This document shows positions 8,178-17,912 of a stretch of DNA of 46,739 bases, one piece after another. Every line of letters starts with the position of its first letter. Positions within the stretch are counted from its first letter, which is position 1. The notes beneath the pieces are model-generated. The model was not told the DNA's origin. It made no database searches and saw only the letters and a list, made by a program, of their open reading frames with translations. The DNA lies in assembly GCA_038230375.1 (NCBI GenBank), contig JBBRNJ010000069.1, positions 1 through 46,739 on the forward strand. Direction: 5' to 3'. The position numbers were made by a program, and so were the translations under genes. The DNA is from Polyangiales bacterium. Lineage in GTDB: Bacteria; Myxococcota_A; Polyangia; Polyangiales; Polyangiaceae.

Positions 8178-10876
8178 GCCGCCTCCAGGAGGGCGAGCGC
8201 GCGCGCGATGTCGTCACGCTTTCCGTCGGGGTTCGGCAACGCCGCGATTCGATCACGAAACGCAGTGAGACCGAGCTCTGCAATGTGGAACACGGTGATG
8301 TCCTGCACGGCCTCGCTCTGGCTGGCGAGCAGGTGCGCGAGCAGCGCCTCGTAATCGAGGGCAAGCGGCTGGTGGTACTTGCCCGCGCGCGCTACGCGTT
8401 CCTCATCCGGCGCGTCGTCCACGAGCCCCAGCACCGCGCTACGCAGAGGCTCATGCAGAATGTTCTCGCAGAGCTCCGTTGAGATCGCGCGCTGCTCCTT
8501 GCCTGCAGCGAAGCCACGGTGAATCTGCGCGAAATCGTCCTTTCGATGGGCAAGACTGAGAAGCCGGAACAGCCGCTCGATCGCGTCGCGCTCCTTGTCG
8601 AGCAAGAGCGCCGCAAGCAACTCTCCGCCCTTGGTGTTGCGGGCGGGCGAAAGCTTTGCGCCAGCCAGCAGGAGTGTGCGCCGTTCCAGGTGGCGGTACG
8701 CTCGCGACACCGTCTGGTCGATCGTCTTGTCCACCGCAGCGCGATCGAGCGCGAGATTCGGATGCCGGCGCACCAGACTCTCCAGCGCGCGAATGATCTG
8801 ATAGCGGACGCCGCCGTCGCGCTCCATCGGCAGCCACGAAAGCAAGGAGGCCGAGGCGAGCTTCGGATCGAAGAAGGCCATCGCGTGCGGAACTCGCCAG
8901 CGAACGTTCGCGCGCACCGGCAGCGTCTCCAGCGCGCGGCGCAGCGCGATGAGCCCGTCTTCACCGAACTCGACGAGCACACGCTCCGCGGTCCCGCGCG
9001 TTCGCTCCTCGGCCAGCGCGTCAACGACCACCGGTATCAGCTCCGCCTTCTTCACCAGCGCCATGGCCGACAGCGCGGCGACGCGTACCTCGGTCTCGGG
9101 GGCAGAGGCCAGCGTGACCAGGATGTGCGCCAGCTCCGAAGTGGACTGTTGTGCGATGGCTTCTGCGAGGGCGACGCGCGCTTGCGCCGGCCCACGCGCC
9201 ATGATCGCATCGAGCGCGCCCTGCGCCCGCGCGCCGTGAATGTCGCCGGACGCGATCAGGTTGACCACCGTGGCGGCACGCACCTCTGGCGATTCGTCAC
9301 TGTGCAGGCGCGCGAAGAGGCGGTCGGGATCCGGCGCCAGCACCGACCGAGCCGCCACGATCGCCGCACGCACTCGCGGCGCCGGGTGCGAGTCGATGCG
9401 ATCCATCACGGGCACCACCGCCGTGCGCCCCGCGCGCGCGAACATCCGGAGCGCATGGACCACCACGAGCTCCGACGGGTGATAGAGGATGAGCGCTGGG
9501 ACCAGGTGGACCTTGTTCTCCTGCTCCAGGAGCTCCAGCGCCGCGAGCACCTCCGGGTCCCGCTCGCTGTCGAGCGCGGAGAGCAGGCTCTCGAGCGAGG
9601 AGATGTCGAGCGCCGGGACCTCGCCCGCGCGCGATGGGCGCCCCTCGCGAAGGCGTCTTCGAAAGAGCTCGATGTATGGCCTGCGCAGCGACCGCGCCAT
9701 CACCACCCATAGCGCCGCCACGATCGTGAGCACGACCGCGAGAACGCGGGTGGATGTGGTGAGCGCGGTGATGAGCAGGATGAGGAGCGATGCGAAGGCC
9801 TGACCGCCTCGCTGCGAGGCGACGTCCATGAACGCCTTCATCCTGCGCCGCGCCTCTTCGGAGAACGGCAGGAACAGGAGCTCCGATGCCGTGCGATGAA
9901 GCGAATAGCGCAGCCCTCCATCCGCGCCCTTCACTGCGAGCACTGCAAAGAGACCGCCGCCGAGCGCCACGCCCACGCCACCGAGCCCCAGCAGCACGGG
10001 CAGGATCGCGAGCGACGACGAGATCGATAGTCGCTTGAACACCCACGACACCAGGGTCAGCTGGAACACCAGCGACAGCACATTGAGGCCGAGGTACACC
10101 GCGCCGAGAAAGCTTCCCAGGTCTGCCTTCGGGACAAGGTCCGCGACCATTGTCTTGAACAGATAGTCGGCGAGCGTGAGGCACACGGTGGCGACGAACA
10201 TGGAGAGGACGACCTGCCGCGCGTACGGCTTGCTTTTCACGTAATGGAAGTTCTCGAGCACGCCTGGCTCGCGCTCCGCCTGGTCCACGGACGACGTGCG
10301 CGATGCCTTCGCGAACAGCGCCGGCATGGCGGACGTGACCGCGAAGCCAGCAGCGGCGGCGTAGAGGAGCTTCTGCGCCGGGACGTGTCGCGCAAGGAGG
10401 CTCGCGATGCCGCTGCCCGCGATGGCGCCGAGCACGCTGCCCGTGCCGATGATGCCGTAGAGGCGCTTTGCCTGGGTGATGGTGAACACGCTGCCCACGA
10501 GCGTCCAGTAGTGCACCAGGATGACGCCTATGAGCACCGTGGACCATATGTACAATACATACAATCCGGCGGTCTCCAGTGCACCGGCAAGCGCGGAGAA
10601 GCCAAGCGCGACCACGGCAGCGAGCAGCGTCCACGCCACCAGTGCGGGCCGGCCGGACATGCGTCGCCCCATCCGCGCCTGCACGTCCACCGCAAGGAAG
10701 CTGAGCGCGGCGATCGCCATGAACACGAACGGGAGTCGCGTGGGCGCGATCTTGGCAAGGAAGAGCGCGTCACGCGCGGTCTCGAGGATGGCGTGACTGC
10801 CGACCAGGCCGAAGAGCGTGAAGAACGCGGCCCACGTGTCGCGTCGCTCGTCCGCACGGATGGCCAGAAGGCTCAC
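8174..10876 (-). CDS. Nucleotide translocase (Npt1/TLC-like MFS) fused to HEAT repeats
   Basis: About 11-12 hydrophobic helices with ILETARDALFLA, YWTLVGSVFTITQAKRLYGIIGTG, ADYLFK, LRYSLHRTASELLFLP, followed by HEAT-like repeats (PRVRAA, PEVRAA, EVRVAALSAM). Start probably GTG 10876; the track start at 10942 overlaps TMEM14. Confidence 0.85.
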   Translation of the reverse strand: MSLLAIRADERRDTWAAFFTLFGLVGSHAILETARDALFLAKIAPTRLPFVFMAIAALSFLAVDVQARMGRRMSGRPALVAWTLLAAVVALGFSALAGALETAGLYVLYIWSTVLIGVILVHYWTLVGSVFTITQAKRLYGIIGTGSVLGAIAGSGIASLLARHVPAQKLLYAAAAGFAVTSAMPALFAKASRTSSVDQAEREPGVLENFHYVKSKPYARQVVLSMFVATVCLTLADYLFKTMVADLVPKADLGSFLGAVYLGLNVLSLVFQLTLVSWVFKRLSISSSLAILPVLLGLGGVGVALGGGLFAVLAVKGADGGLRYSLHRTASELLFLPFSEEARRRMKAFMDVASQRGGQAFASLLILLITALTTSTRVLAVVLTIVAALWVVMARSLRRPYIELFRRRLREGRPSRAGEVPALDISSLESLLSALDSERDPEVLAALELLEQENKVHLVPALILYHPSELVVVHALRMFARAGRTAVVPVMDRIDSHPAPRVRAAIVAARSVLAPDPDRLFARLHSDESPEVRAATVVNLIASGDIHGARAQGALDAIMARGPAQARVALAEAIAQQSTSELAHILVTLASAPETEVRVAALSAMALVKKAELIPVVVDALAEERTRGTAERVLVEFGEDGLIALRRALETLPVRANVRWRVPHAMAFFDPKLASASLLSWLPMERDGGVRYQIIRALESLVRRHPNLALDRAAVDKTIDQTVSRAYRHLERRTLLLAGAKLSPARNTKGGELLAALLLDKERDAIERLFRLLSLAHRKDDFAQIHRGFAAGKEQRAISTELCENILHEPLRSAVLGLVDDAPDEERVARAGKYHQPLALDYEALLAHLLASQSEAVQDITVFHIAELGLTAFRDRIAALPNPDGKRDDIARALALLEAA

Positions 10877-10934
10877 GGGCGGCAAGATACCACCGACGCC
10901 TTCGACTTCGACCACGACGTGGTAAGACGCAGCC

Positions 10935-11261
10935 ATGCACACCGCGCTCGTCGCTTCGCTCTCGCTCTACGGCCTCCTCGTCTTCGTGGGCGGGATCATC
11001 GGCTACGTGAAGGCGAAGAGCCGTGCCTCGCTCATCAGCGGAATCGGCTCCGCGATGCTCCTGGGCATTGCGTCCAGCCTGGTGTCGGCCGGCAACGTGC
11101 GCATCGGCGCGGGCATGGGCATGTTCATTGCGCTCGCGCTGATCGGCCGCTTTTTCCCGGCGTTCATGAAGACCAAGAAGGTCATGCCCGCGGGAATGGT
11201 CGTGGCGCTCGGCGCTGTCGTGCTCGTCGTGGGCGTGCTCACGCTCGTGATGGGCACCTGA
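10935..11261 (+). CDS. TMEM14-family small membrane protein
   Basis: YGLLVFVGGIIGYVKAKSRASLISG and F...KKVMPAG are the TMEM14 signature motifs. Confidence 0.9.
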   Translation: MHTALVASLSLYGLLVFVGGIIGYVKAKSRASLISGIGSAMLLGIASSLVSAGNVRIGAGMGMFIALALIGRFFPAFMKTKKVMPAGMVVALGAVVLVVGVLTLVMGT

Positions 11262-11269
11262 TACGAAAG

Positions 11270-11995
11270 CTAGTAGCTACACACGCCGAACACGGAGAGG
11301 CCAGCGTCATTCGGCATGTTCGCAGTGATCGCGCGGCACGGGCCGCCGCCAGGGCAGTCCTTGGAAGTGCGGCACCCGACCGCGACGCCCGCGCCGCCGC
11401 AGCCCTTCGCGCATGCAGATACGGTGGTGCTGTTGATCGACGCGGTGGCGGCGCACAAGGTGCCCGAGGTCGGAGTCACGGTGACGGCGAAGCAACAGGT
11501 TGACCCGGACGACGCATTGCAGTCGCTCGCCGAGAGGCAGCCGATCTGCTTGTTCGCGCAGCCGGCATCGATGGTGCTGCAGGTTGCGTTGTAGGCGCCA
11601 CCCGTGGGGGCGATGCACTCGATGCCGGACGGCGGGCCTCCGCCAGAGAAGAAGCAGCCGTCGCCCACGGTGATCACGCTGGCGCAGCTGGGCTTGGTGC
11701 CGCTGTCGATTGCGCTGGTGCCGCCGTCACTCGACGAACGCAAGCATATTCCAGCGGAGCAACTGAGCCCCTGATCGCAGGTGTCATTGGGATAGCAGTC
11801 GCCGCCGAGCGCTCCGGTGGCCGCGGCACCGCCATCCGCTGCAATGGCGCCGTCCTTGTCGGTGGTGTTTCCACCTTCAACGGTAGGGGTCTGGTAGTCC
11901 GACCCACAGCTCAGGGTGAGCGCACTGGCGGTGGACGCGAGGCTCAACACAACCCACAACGCGAGCCGTCTCGACGCCTGACCCATGAGGATCAT
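11270..11995 (-). CDS. Cys-rich lipoprotein, hypothetical
   Basis: Probable start 11995 or 11986. Hydrophobic signal ending LTLSC, then many Cys motifs (GGDCYPNDTCDQGLSCSAGIC; CLSASDC...CC; CRTSKDCPGGGPC). Confidence 0.75.
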   Translation of the reverse strand: MILMGQASRRLALWVVLSLASTASALTLSCGSDYQTPTVEGGNTTDKDGAIAADGGAAATGALGGDCYPNDTCDQGLSCSAGICLRSSSDGGTSAIDSGTKPSCASVITVGDGCFFSGGGPPSGIECIAPTGGAYNATCSTIDAGCANKQIGCLSASDCNASSGSTCCFAVTVTPTSGTLCAATASINSTTVSACAKGCGGAGVAVGCRTSKDCPGGGPCRAITANMPNDAGLSVFGVCSY

Positions 11996-12011
11996 CGTAG
12001 CTCGGTTTCGG

Positions 12012-12644
12012 TCAGACCGCGCGTAGCTTCGAGACAAGGTCCTGACCGATCGCCATCTGCACATGCGCGCGGAGCTCGGGGCTGTCCTTGAGCACGCGCG
12101 CGAGCGTTTCCTTCGGCCACGCGAAGAAATGACAGTCGTCGCGCGTGCGCACGTCGGCGCGGGGCGGGTCACCCGTGAGGAAGCTCATCTCGCCGACGAA
12201 GCTTCCGGGTCCGAGCTCCGTGATCGTGCGGCCGTCCATCACGACCTCCACCTTGCCCTCCTCGAGCAAGAGCACATGCGACGGATGCTTCCCGCGCTCC
12301 ACGACGATCTCGCCTGCAGCGCGCTTCTCGAACGCGCCGCGCGCGAGCAGCGCCTTGAGCTCGCGCGGCGTGAGCGAGCGAAAAACAAGCTCCCAGAGGT
12401 GTGCCTCGTGCTCGGTGAGCTTCACGGGGCGGCGCTCCAGGATCAGCAGATAGATGCGGACCACGTTGATGATGAGGAAGAGCGTGTTCCACGCCATCGC
12501 ATCGAGCGGATGACCTGGCGTGAGCACCGTTCCGACCAGGAGCGCGAGCTGCGCGAGCACCGACAGAAGGCGTAGCCACAGGATGTCCCGCACGAGGTAC
12601 GAGAGAAGGAAGAGCACGTTCGCGACGTGGAATGCGGGACTCAC
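12012..12644 (-). CDS. Popeye-domain/cNMP-binding membrane protein
   Basis: HVANVLFLLSYLVRDILWLRLLS...WNTLFLIINV...ERRPVKL (three TM, Popeye-like), then a cNMP domain (GKVEV...ELGPGSFVGEMSFLTGDPPRADV). Confidence 0.85.
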   Translation of the reverse strand: MSPAFHVANVLFLLSYLVRDILWLRLLSVLAQLALLVGTVLTPGHPLDAMAWNTLFLIINVVRIYLLILERRPVKLTEHEAHLWELVFRSLTPRELKALLARGAFEKRAAGEIVVERGKHPSHVLLLEEGKVEVVMDGRTITELGPGSFVGEMSFLTGDPPRADVRTRDDCHFFAWPKETLARVLKDSPELRAHVQMAIGQDLVSKLRAV

Positions 12645-13246
12645 GAGGGCGCCTCAACAGCGGCATCGAGCGCAGCGGCGTTCTCGCGCGCGCGGCCGGC
12701 GAGCACGACGTCCGTGATGTCACCAATCTCCACAAGATCGCCGAGCCAGCGCTGCGGTCTGTAGAAGAGGACGCGAAGAGAAGGCGAAAGGAGGAGCGCG
12801 CCGCCCTGCTGGTAGAAGTCGCCGCCGGACCACGCGTTCTTGTGCCCGTTCATCATGGCGCGCAGCAGGCCGAGCGTACCGCGCGGTCCAAAGACGCCGA
12901 GCCGCGAGCGTGAGAGCCCCGCTGCGCGCTGCGCCACAAGCGTGGGGTCGGTGAATACCCGAACGCCGCGCGACGTGACGCCAAGACGCTCGTCGAAGCC
13001 GCGTGCATGATCCACGGTGCCGCAGCCGACGATCACGACGCCGACGTCGAGGACGCGAAGCGCCGGCAGCTGCGGCAGGAGCGCCGCGACCTGCTCGCTG
13101 CAACCCGCGCAGGCGAACTGACGGACGAAGAGGACGAGCGTGGTCTTGCCGCCCGCGACCTGCGCAAGCGTCGAGGGCTCCCCGGCGGCGTCCACGAGCG
13201 TGGCGTTCGCGAGTTCGATGGGAAGCGGCTCGGAGACGACGACCAT
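12641..13246 (-). CDS. AhpC/TSA-2 (PRXL2-like) peroxiredoxin-like protein
   Basis: LVLFVRQFACAGC (CxxC), VFTDPT, YQQGGALLL. Probable ATG 13246; overlaps the Popeye gene by 4 bp. Confidence 0.8.
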   Translation of the reverse strand: MVVVSEPLPIELANATLVDAAGEPSTLAQVAGGKTTLVLFVRQFACAGCSEQVAALLPQLPALRVLDVGVVIVGCGTVDHARGFDERLGVTSRGVRVFTDPTLVAQRAAGLSRSRLGVFGPRGTLGLLRAMMNGHKNAWSGGDFYQQGGALLLSPSLRVLFYRPQRWLGDLVEIGDITDVVLAGRARENAAALDAAVEAPS

Positions 13247-13346
13247 GCGCGTGCAGGATACATCAAAGAGCGGTGAGCAGCACGCTGACGCGGCCGCCGT
13301 GGTAAGACCCGCAGCCAGTCCTTTTCCGGAGGTTCTCCTCGTGTCG

Positions 13347-14858
13347 ATGCAGAAGATCGTTGCACTGTGCAAGCGTCGTGGCTTCGTCTTTCAGGCGTCG
13401 GAGATCTACGGGGGCATCAACGGCTTCTGGGACTACGGTCCCCTTGGCGTCCTCCTCAAGAACAACATCCGCGACGCCTGGTGGCGCTCGATGGTGCTCT
13501 GTCCGGGCATGGGCCCCGACGGCGAGCCGCTGTCGATGGTGGGCCTGGACTCCGCGATCATCCAGCACCGCGAGACCTGGGTTGCCAGCGGTCACGCGGG
13601 CGGCTTCTCGGACCCCATGGTGGATTGCCGTGAGTCGAAGGCTCGCTACCGCGCCGACCAGCTCATGGTCTACGAGATCCCCGCGGACAAAGGCGGCGCG
13701 AAGGTCACGTTCCTCGTTGCGACCGAAGGCACCGACGAGACCGAGGCGCTGAAGAAGCACGCCACGAAGATCATCCGGTCGAATCAGGGCAAGCCCGGCG
13801 ACATGGAGAGCCTGCCCGCGCCGCGCAGCTACAACTCCCTGGACGAGGCGACCCGCGCAGAGGTCTACGGCCCCGCCACGGACACGAAGGGCACGCTCAC
13901 GCCGCCGCGCGCATTCAACCTGATGTTCGAGTCGTACGCCGGCGCCATCCAGGACGAGTCGAGCAAGGTCTACCTCCGCCCCGAGACCGCGCAGGGCATC
14001 TTCCTGGACTACAAGAATGTGCTCGACAGCTCGCGCGTGCGCGTCCCGTTCGGCATCGCGCAGGTCGGCAAGAGCTTCCGCAACGAGGTGAACCCCCGCA
14101 ACTTCGTCTTCCGCTCGCGCGAGTTCGAGCAGATGGAGATGGAGTTCTTCTGCCAGCCCGACGACTCACGCAAGTGGTTCGAGTACTGGGTCGATGCGCG
14201 CCGCAAGTGGTGGATCGACATCGGCGTGAAGGAGAGCCACCTCCGCATCCGCGAGCACGACAAGGACGAGCTCGCGTTCTACAGCACCGGCACCGCGGAC
14301 ATCGAGTACCTGTACCCGTTCACCGCGCCGGACTTCGGTGAGCTCGAAGGCATTGCCCACCGCGGCAACTACGACCTCACGCAGCACCAGACGCACTCCA
14401 AGACGAAGCTCGAGTACTTTGATCAGGAGAAGAACACGCGCTACCTGCCGCACGTGATCGAGCCGGCCGCCGGTCTCACCCGCGCGCTGCTCGCGCTGCT
14501 ATGCGAGGCCTACACGGAGGACGCTTCACGCCCGTCGCCCGAGGTCCTCAAGTTCCACCCGAAGATGGCGCCCATCAAGGTGGGCATCTTCCCGCTGGTG
14601 GACAAGGAGGGCATGCCCGAGACGGCACGTGCACTCTACATGGGTCTCCGCAACAAGTACGTCTGCCAGTACGACGCGAAGCAGACCATCGGCAAGCGCT
14701 ACGCCCGCATGGACGAGGCGGGCACACCGTTCTGCGTCACCATCGACGGCGACACCGCAAAGGACCAGACGGTCACCATGCGTGACCGCGACACCGGCGC
14801 GCAGCAGCGCATCGCGCTCGACGCCGTGCCGCGCTTCCTCGCCGAACGCCTCGACTGA
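13347..14858 (+). CDS. glyQS: Glycine--tRNA ligase (alpha2, homodimeric type)
   Basis: MQKIVALCKRRGFVFQASEIYGG..GFWDYGPLG, YLRPETAQGIF, GKSFRNEV.PRNFVFRSREFEQME, HVIEPAAG, IGKRYARMDEAGTPFCVTID. Confidence 0.96.
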   Translation: MQKIVALCKRRGFVFQASEIYGGINGFWDYGPLGVLLKNNIRDAWWRSMVLCPGMGPDGEPLSMVGLDSAIIQHRETWVASGHAGGFSDPMVDCRESKARYRADQLMVYEIPADKGGAKVTFLVATEGTDETEALKKHATKIIRSNQGKPGDMESLPAPRSYNSLDEATRAEVYGPATDTKGTLTPPRAFNLMFESYAGAIQDESSKVYLRPETAQGIFLDYKNVLDSSRVRVPFGIAQVGKSFRNEVNPRNFVFRSREFEQMEMEFFCQPDDSRKWFEYWVDARRKWWIDIGVKESHLRIREHDKDELAFYSTGTADIEYLYPFTAPDFGELEGIAHRGNYDLTQHQTHSKTKLEYFDQEKNTRYLPHVIEPAAGLTRALLALLCEAYTEDASRPSPEVLKFHPKMAPIKVGIFPLVDKEGMPETARALYMGLRNKYVCQYDAKQTIGKRYARMDEAGTPFCVTIDGDTAKDQTVTMRDRDTGAQQRIALDAVPRFLAERLD

Positions 14859-14949
14859 GCGCGGAACGGTCGTCGCGCAGAACGCGCTGTGTACGAAACC
14901 GCGTACCGAACCTTCCCTGCACGTAGCAGTGGAACTAGGCTGTCCGGCC

Positions 14950-15882
14950 ATGCAGCAGCCGCCGCCGTACCAGCAGCCGCCCACTCAGCCGACGCCACCG
15001 CCTGGCGGGTTCGGCGCGCCGGGAGCACCGCAACCGCCGGCTCCACAGTCTGTTGATCGGTTGCGCGCGCCTATGCAGCTCCTGATCGCCGCAGGTGGCG
15101 TGGCGATCGCGCGCTCGGTGATCTTCGCGGTCTGGACGAGCCTGCTCCGCCGCTCCGGCGACTATCGCATGTACCGCTTTCTGACCCCGCTTCAGACGCT
15201 GCTCGCCGTCATCATCGGAGGGGTCCTCATCGCGGCGACGGTGATGATCGCCCAGCAGAAGCGACCTGGTCACGCATTCGCGCTCGGTGCAGCGATCGCG
15301 GGCGGCCTCTCCCTTGTCATCAGCGTCGCGTTCATGCTGGTGCCGAGCCTGATCGGCCGTGGCCTCGTGAGTCTCTCGCTCGTGGCGTCGCTCGTCAGCG
15401 CAGGCACGGTCGTATCGCTGTCTCTCTGCTTGCGCGAGCTTGGCCGTAGCCGCGAGCGGCCCGTCGATCCGTTCGCATTCGCCGCCATCGGGCTCGCTGC
15501 TCTCTCCCTGGTGTGGACCATCGTGGCGCGCGGAGGTGTGTATCTCGGAGATGCCACAAGGTACGTCGGCCCGGTCCTCAGCATCGCCGCGCAGGGTTCG
15601 ATCATCGCGATGGCCGTGCGCATCATGAGCTACGTGCCGGCCACGGAGTTCGCGTTCGGCGATCCCTCGGCGTATCGCGGACCGCAGGGCGTGTACCCCA
15701 TGGGCGCGGTACCGCCGGCGGGCAGCGCGGCCCTCGGTTTTCTGGCTGGATTCTTCGGCGGCTGCATCGGGCTTGGTCTGGTCCTCATGCTCGCGAAGGG
15801 CGCCGCAACCAAGCGCGGCGCAGGCATCGGCTTTGCGTGCCAGACGGTCGTGGGCCTCGGGCTGCGCGCGGCGGCACGCTGA
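14950..15882 (+). CDS. Polytopic membrane protein with Pro/Gln-rich N-terminus and C-terminal GFFGGCIG module (copy A)
   Basis: ATG 14950 (MQQPPPYQQPP...), about six hydrophobic helices, then a conserved 53-aa tail shared with 15882..16751 and 23070..23414. Confidence 0.8.
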   Translation: MQQPPPYQQPPTQPTPPPGGFGAPGAPQPPAPQSVDRLRAPMQLLIAAGGVAIARSVIFAVWTSLLRRSGDYRMYRFLTPLQTLLAVIIGGVLIAATVMIAQQKRPGHAFALGAAIAGGLSLVISVAFMLVPSLIGRGLVSLSLVASLVSAGTVVSLSLCLRELGRSRERPVDPFAFAAIGLAALSLVWTIVARGGVYLGDATRYVGPVLSIAAQGSIIAMAVRIMSYVPATEFAFGDPSAYRGPQGVYPMGAVPPAGSAALGFLAGFFGGCIGLGLVLMLAKGAATKRGAGIGFACQTVVGLGLRAAAR

Positions 15883-16751
15883 TGGAAGACCGTATCCGCA
15901 CCCCGCTCATGCTCTGCATCACGGGCCTCGCGCTCTCCATGGTGCGGACAGTCGTTTACTTCTTCTTCATCGTGCTCGGCTGGTTTCCCAACGCTCTTCC
16001 CAGCGGCGCCTATGAGCTGTTCGGACATGGGCTGTCGCTCCTCTCGCTCGTCGCCGCGGCCCTCGTGGTCGTCGGCCTTGCACAGATGGCGGTGGGAAAG
16101 CTCGGCGCGCCGAACGCCACGCTCACCGCATGGGTCGCCGCCGCAGCGCTTGGCGTGAGCGCCGTCCTCGACATCACGCCGCTTGTCGATGCCCTCGCGC
16201 ACCTGCTCCACAGCTACGCTCTGCTCGGTGTTCTTGCCACGTTCGGCGATCTGGCGGCGCTCCTGTCGACAGTCGCTTTCGGCCTCTGCCTCCGCGAGCA
16301 CGCGAAGAGCCGCGGCCAGCGCGTGGACCTCCTGGTCTTCGGTGCGATGGGCGTGTCCGGGGTAAGCCTCCTCGTCGGCGTCGCGGTCATGCACATGGGC
16401 TTCGGGTTCAGGGACACACCGTCCATGTTGATGCTTCTCGCGGTCTGCGAGCGTGGGCTCCTGCTCGGCGCTGTCCACACTGTGATGGTCGCGCGTCCCG
16501 GCCCAGCGGTTGGAGTCGGCGTACAAGGAGGCGGCTATCCCATCCAGGGTGGCGCCTACCCTGTGCAGGCCATGCAGTCCGTGCCGCAGGGCAGCGCCGC
16601 GCTCGGTTTTCTCGCCGGCTTCTTCGGCGGCTGCATCGGCCTCGGACTCGTGCTCGCGTTCGCGAAGGGCCCAGCCACGAAGCGCGGCGCGGGCATCGGC
16701 TTCGCCTGCCAGACGGTCGTCGGAATCGGACTTCGCGCCGCTGCACACTAG
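15882..16751 (+). CDS. Polytopic membrane protein, tandem paralog with C-terminal GFFGGCIG module (copy B)
   Basis: ATG overlaps the previous TGA (TGATG). MEDRIRTPLMLCITG aligns with DRLRAPMQLLIAAG of copy A; the tail is 48/53 identical to copy A. Confidence 0.8.
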   Translation: MEDRIRTPLMLCITGLALSMVRTVVYFFFIVLGWFPNALPSGAYELFGHGLSLLSLVAAALVVVGLAQMAVGKLGAPNATLTAWVAAAALGVSAVLDITPLVDALAHLLHSYALLGVLATFGDLAALLSTVAFGLCLREHAKSRGQRVDLLVFGAMGVSGVSLLVGVAVMHMGFGFRDTPSMLMLLAVCERGLLLGAVHTVMVARPGPAVGVGVQGGGYPIQGGAYPVQAMQSVPQGSAALGFLAGFFGGCIGLGLVLAFAKGPATKRGAGIGFACQTVVGIGLRAAAH

Positions 16752-16786
16752 ACGCGATCGGCTGGCCTCCGCGGTGGATCCGAGCT

Positions 16787-17527
16787 ATGCACGGCCGCAT
16801 GAGCGCCGGCTCCACTCCCCTTCCATCGCAGACCGCGACCAAAGGTTCCGTGCCGCCCGGTGCGCTCGAGAAGCCGCTGCTCCGCGGTGTGTCGCACCAG
16901 GTCTTCTTCTTCGTGGCGTTGCTCGCAGGCGCGCTGCTCGGTCGGTGGGCGTGGGCGCAGTCTCCCGCGAAGGGCGTTGCCGCGCTGGTGTTCGGTGGGT
17001 CGCTCGCGCTGCTGCTCGGGGTGAGCGCGCTCTACCATCGCGTGAACTGGGGAGTGGAAGGCCGCAAGCGCATGCGCCGGCTCGACCACGCGGCCATCTT
17101 CGTCCTCATCGCTGGCGGGTACACACCGATCTTCTCGCTCATCCCTGGAAAGGATGGCGGCGAGAGCCACACCGCGCTGATCGTCGTGTGGGCGGTCGCC
17201 GCGTTCGGCATGACGAAATCGCTGCTCTGGGCGCACGCGCCAAAGTGGCTCACCGCCGCGCTCTGCGTGGGTCTTGGCTGGGTCGTCATCCCGCAGGTGA
17301 TCGAGCGCGCGGACATCATCGGCACGCGCGGCATCGCGCTGCTCGTCGTGAGCGGCGTCATCTACAGCCTGGGGGCGGGCGTCTACGCGCTGAAGCGACC
17401 GAACCCGCTACCGAAAATTTTTGGCTACCACGAGGTCTTCCACGCACTCGTGCTGCTCGCGAGCTGCACGCTCTTCATGCACGTCGTGGCGGTGCTCTCG
17501 GTTGGACAAGCCCTCAGCGCGCGGTGA
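16787..17527 (+). CDS. Hemolysin III / PAQR (TrhA-like) membrane protein
   Basis: KPLLRGVSH, SALYH, RRLDHAAIFVLIAGGYTP, GYHEVFHALV. Start 16787 or 16799. Confidence 0.92.
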   Translation: MHGRMSAGSTPLPSQTATKGSVPPGALEKPLLRGVSHQVFFFVALLAGALLGRWAWAQSPAKGVAALVFGGSLALLLGVSALYHRVNWGVEGRKRMRRLDHAAIFVLIAGGYTPIFSLIPGKDGGESHTALIVVWAVAAFGMTKSLLWAHAPKWLTAALCVGLGWVVIPQVIERADIIGTRGIALLVVSGVIYSLGAGVYALKRPNPLPKIFGYHEVFHALVLLASCTLFMHVVAVLSVGQALSAR

Positions 17528-17912
17528 CCGGCTTGTACTCTGCGAATCCGTCGTAGGCGAGGAGGCGGCCGCAGCTGGCCGTTCCCAGCGAGCCGTGACA
17601 GGCGTCGGTACCGTTGAACTCGGTGCGGTGCTGGCGAAGGGCGTGCATCACGGAATGCGTCACGTCATGGCCACCGTCCTTGCAGGACGCGTCGCCGCAG
17701 GGGATCAGGAAGAGGGCGGGCGCGCTCGGGACCTGGACGCGGCGGATGTATTTCGGAGCGCTTGCAGAGGCCGCGCCAGACCGCTCCTCGACCTCCAGCT
17801 TCAGGGCAACCAGCTCCGGAACCTCCTCCGAGAGCCTGGGAGCGCTATTTTCACGCTCTCTCCGCTCCGCTGCTCGCTGCGCCGCGGCGCTCTGTTTTCC
17901 GAATCGCTGCAT
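17514..17912 (-). CDS. Hypothetical protein with four Cys (possible metal binding)
   Basis: 132-aa ORF with IPCGDASCKDGGH and ACHGSLGTASCGR; divergent from the RRM gene. Confidence 0.75.
   Translation of the reverse strand: MQRFGKQSAAAQRAAERRERENSAPRLSEEVPELVALKLEVEERSGAASASAPKYIRRVQVPSAPALFLIPCGDASCKDGGHDVTHSVMHALRQHRTEFNGTDACHGSLGTASCGRLLAYDGFAEYKPVTAR

Noticed and set aside
12641..13246. Selenocysteine read-through in the redoxin
   Set aside because: The motif is an ordinary CAGC with no in-frame TGA.
13140..13346. Long N-terminal extensions in the ORF track (glyQS from 13140; also 3489, 14629, 15513, 16130, 17421, 33845, 36281, 46709)
   Set aside because: They overlap neighbouring genes, and family-like sequence starts at the downstream start codons given in the features.
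15721..16751. GGC-containing tail as a MYXO-CTERM sorting signal
   Set aside because: MYXO-CTERM has the Cys before a single TM helix and a terminal Arg cluster. Here the Cys lies within a hydrophobic segment and a second helix follows the basic loop.
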